NCBI RefSeq assembly: GCF_003334335.1
Contig: NZ_QOWQ01000168.1
Strand: one strand, 5' to 3'
Source: Escherichia coli
Lineage (GTDB): Bacteria; Pseudomonadota; Gammaproteobacteria; Enterobacterales; Enterobacteriaceae
DNA length: 584 nucleotides
Shown piece by piece: positions 1 to 584 of this stretch; position 1 is the stretch's first letter, and the number at the start of each line of letters is the position of its first letter. The notes beneath the pieces are model-generated. The model was not told the origin of the DNA. It ran no database searches and saw nothing but the letters and a program-made list of their open reading frames with translations. The position numbers were made by a program, and so were the translations under genes.

Positions 1-1
1 G

Positions 2-484
2 AAGCAGGCGATGGTGGGGATAGTCGGGAGTATCGGCAGCGCCATTGGCGGTGCTTTCGGTGGTGGTGCGTCTGCCTTCACGGGGACGGCCATTCAGGCT
101 GCGGCGGCGAACTTCCATTTCGCGACCGGGGGATTTACGGGGACGGGGGGTAAATATGAACCTGCGGGGATTGTTCATCGCGGGGAGTTTGTCTTCACGA
201 AGGAGGCGACCAGCCGGATTGGTGTCGGCAATCTGTACCGCCTGATGCGGGGCTATGCGGAAGGTGGTTATGTCGGCGGTGCCGGAAGTCCGGCGCAGAT
301 GCGGCGGGCGGAAGGCATTAATTTTAATCAGAACAATCACGTGGTGATTCAGAACGACGGCCCCAACGGGCGGGCAGGGCCGCAGCTGATGAAAGCGGTG
401 TATGAGATGGCCCGCAAGGGGGCACAGGATGAAATCCGGCTGCAGTTGCGTGATGGCGGTATGTTATCAGGGAGCGGTGGATGA
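2..484 (+). CDS. H: Tail tape measure protein, C-terminal portion (lambda gpH-like). The CDS is 5'-partial: the reading frame is open from position 2 with no upstream stop, so the ATG at 11 is an internal Met codon, not the start. Stop codon TGA at 482..484.
   Basis: Open frame from the window edge to the TGA at 482-484. The translation (…GGYVGGAGSPAQMRRAEGINFNQNNHVVIQNDGPNGRAGPQLMKAVYEMARKGAQDEIRLQLRDGGMLSGSGG*) matches what I recall of the C-terminal end of lambda tape measure protein gpH. It is immediately followed by a gpM-like gene with the same ATGA overlap as the lambda H-M junction. The Gly/Ala-rich hydrophobic stretch is typical of tape measure C-terminal regions. Codon usage is GC-rich and coherent throughout. 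Confidence 0.85.
   Translation, partial: KQAMVGIVGSIGSAIGGAFGGGASAFTGTAIQAAAANFHFATGGFTGTGGKYEPAGIVHRGEFVFTKEATSRIGVGNLYRLMRGYAEGGYVGGAGSPAQMRRAEGINFNQNNHVVIQNDGPNGRAGPQLMKAVYEMARKGAQDEIRLQLRDGGMLSGSGG
470..474 (+). promoter_or_regulatory. Shine-Dalgarno / ribosome binding site for the gpM-like gene, embedded in the 3' end of the tape measure coding sequence
   Basis: GGGAG at 470-474, 6 nt upstream of the ATG at 481. There is no intergenic space, which implies translational coupling. Confidence 0.55.
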
Positions 485-584
485 AAACCTTTCGCTGGAA
501 AGTGAAGCCGGATATGGAGGTGAACTCGCAGCCATCGGTGCGTGAAGTGCGTTTTGGTGACGGGTACTCACAGCGTATGGCGGC
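481..584 (+). CDS. M: Minor tail protein M (lambda gpM-like), N-terminal 34 codons. The CDS is 3'-partial: the last complete codon ends at 582 and the gene continues past the window.
   Basis: ATG at 481 is preceded by GGGAG at 470-474 with a 6-nt spacer. The translation MKTFRWKVKPDMEVNSQPSVREVRFGDGYSQRMA closely resembles what I recall of the lambda gpM N-terminus (MKTFRWKV…VRFGDGYSQR…). Its position directly downstream of the tape measure gene matches the conserved H-M-L-K-I-J order. Confidence 0.85.
   Translation, partial: MKTFRWKVKPDMEVNSQPSVREVRFGDGYSQRMA

Noticed and set aside
11-13. ATG at 11 as the start codon of a 157-aa protein
   Set aside because: The frame is open upstream to the window edge (codons AAG CAG GCG at 2-10 with no stop). 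There is no Shine-Dalgarno in the 10 nt available. The protein matches the C-terminus of a much longer tape measure protein. This Met is internal and the gene is 5'-truncated by the window.
137-150. G-rich run (ACGGGGACGGGGGG) as a possible slippery site, G-quadruplex or CRISPR-like repeat
   Set aside because: It sits in-frame within a Gly-rich coding segment and simply encodes Thr-Gly-Thr-Gly-Gly. There is no array of regularly spaced repeats with unique spacers and no downstream structure suggesting a programmed frameshift. The known lambdoid tail frameshift is in G/GT, upstream of the tape measure gene and outside this window.
45-245. 66-aa ORF on the + strand in an alternative frame (MAVLSVVVRLPSRGRPFRLRRRTSISRPGDLRGRGVNMNLRGLFIAGSLSSRRRRPAGLVSAICTA)
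   Set aside because: It lies entirely inside the tape measure coding frame. It is arginine-rich and low-complexity, as expected when GC-rich Gly/Ala codons are read out of frame. It has no convincing RBS and no recognisable similarity to anything. It is almost certainly a spurious overlapping ORF.
1-584. Possibility of a novel defence or other undescribed system, as the prompt suggests
   Set aside because: The whole window is accounted for by two well-known, co-directional, translationally coupled phage tail structural genes. There is no unexplained intergenic space, no minus-strand ORF, no repeat array, and nothing resembling defence-system domains. Claiming novelty would not be supported by the sequence.
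470-584. Promoter or Rho-independent terminator between the two genes
   Set aside because: The genes overlap by 4 nt, leaving no intergenic region. I see no GC-rich hairpin followed by a T-tract and no convincing -35/-10 pair. Co-transcription within the late tail operon is the simplest explanation.

Overview
This 584-bp window is the junction of two co-oriented (+ strand) structural genes from a lambdoid siphovirus tail module, most likely a prophage or phage of an enterobacterial host. Positions 2..484 encode the C-terminal ~160 residues of a tail tape measure protein (lambda gpH-like), which runs off the 5' edge of the window. Positions 481..584 encode the first 34 residues of a minor tail protein (lambda gpM-like), which runs off the 3' edge. 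The two genes overlap in an ATGA stop/start arrangement, with a GGGAG Shine-Dalgarno sequence inside the end of the upstream gene. I see no support for a novel or undescribed system here: this is a conserved, well-characterised tail-assembly locus. The points worth a second look are a glycine/alanine-rich hydrophobic segment with a duplicated FTGT motif in the tape measure C-terminus, and the apparent divergence from lambda itself. All identity calls rest on my recollection of lambda gpH and gpM sequences and on what can be read directly from the sequence. No database search was run.
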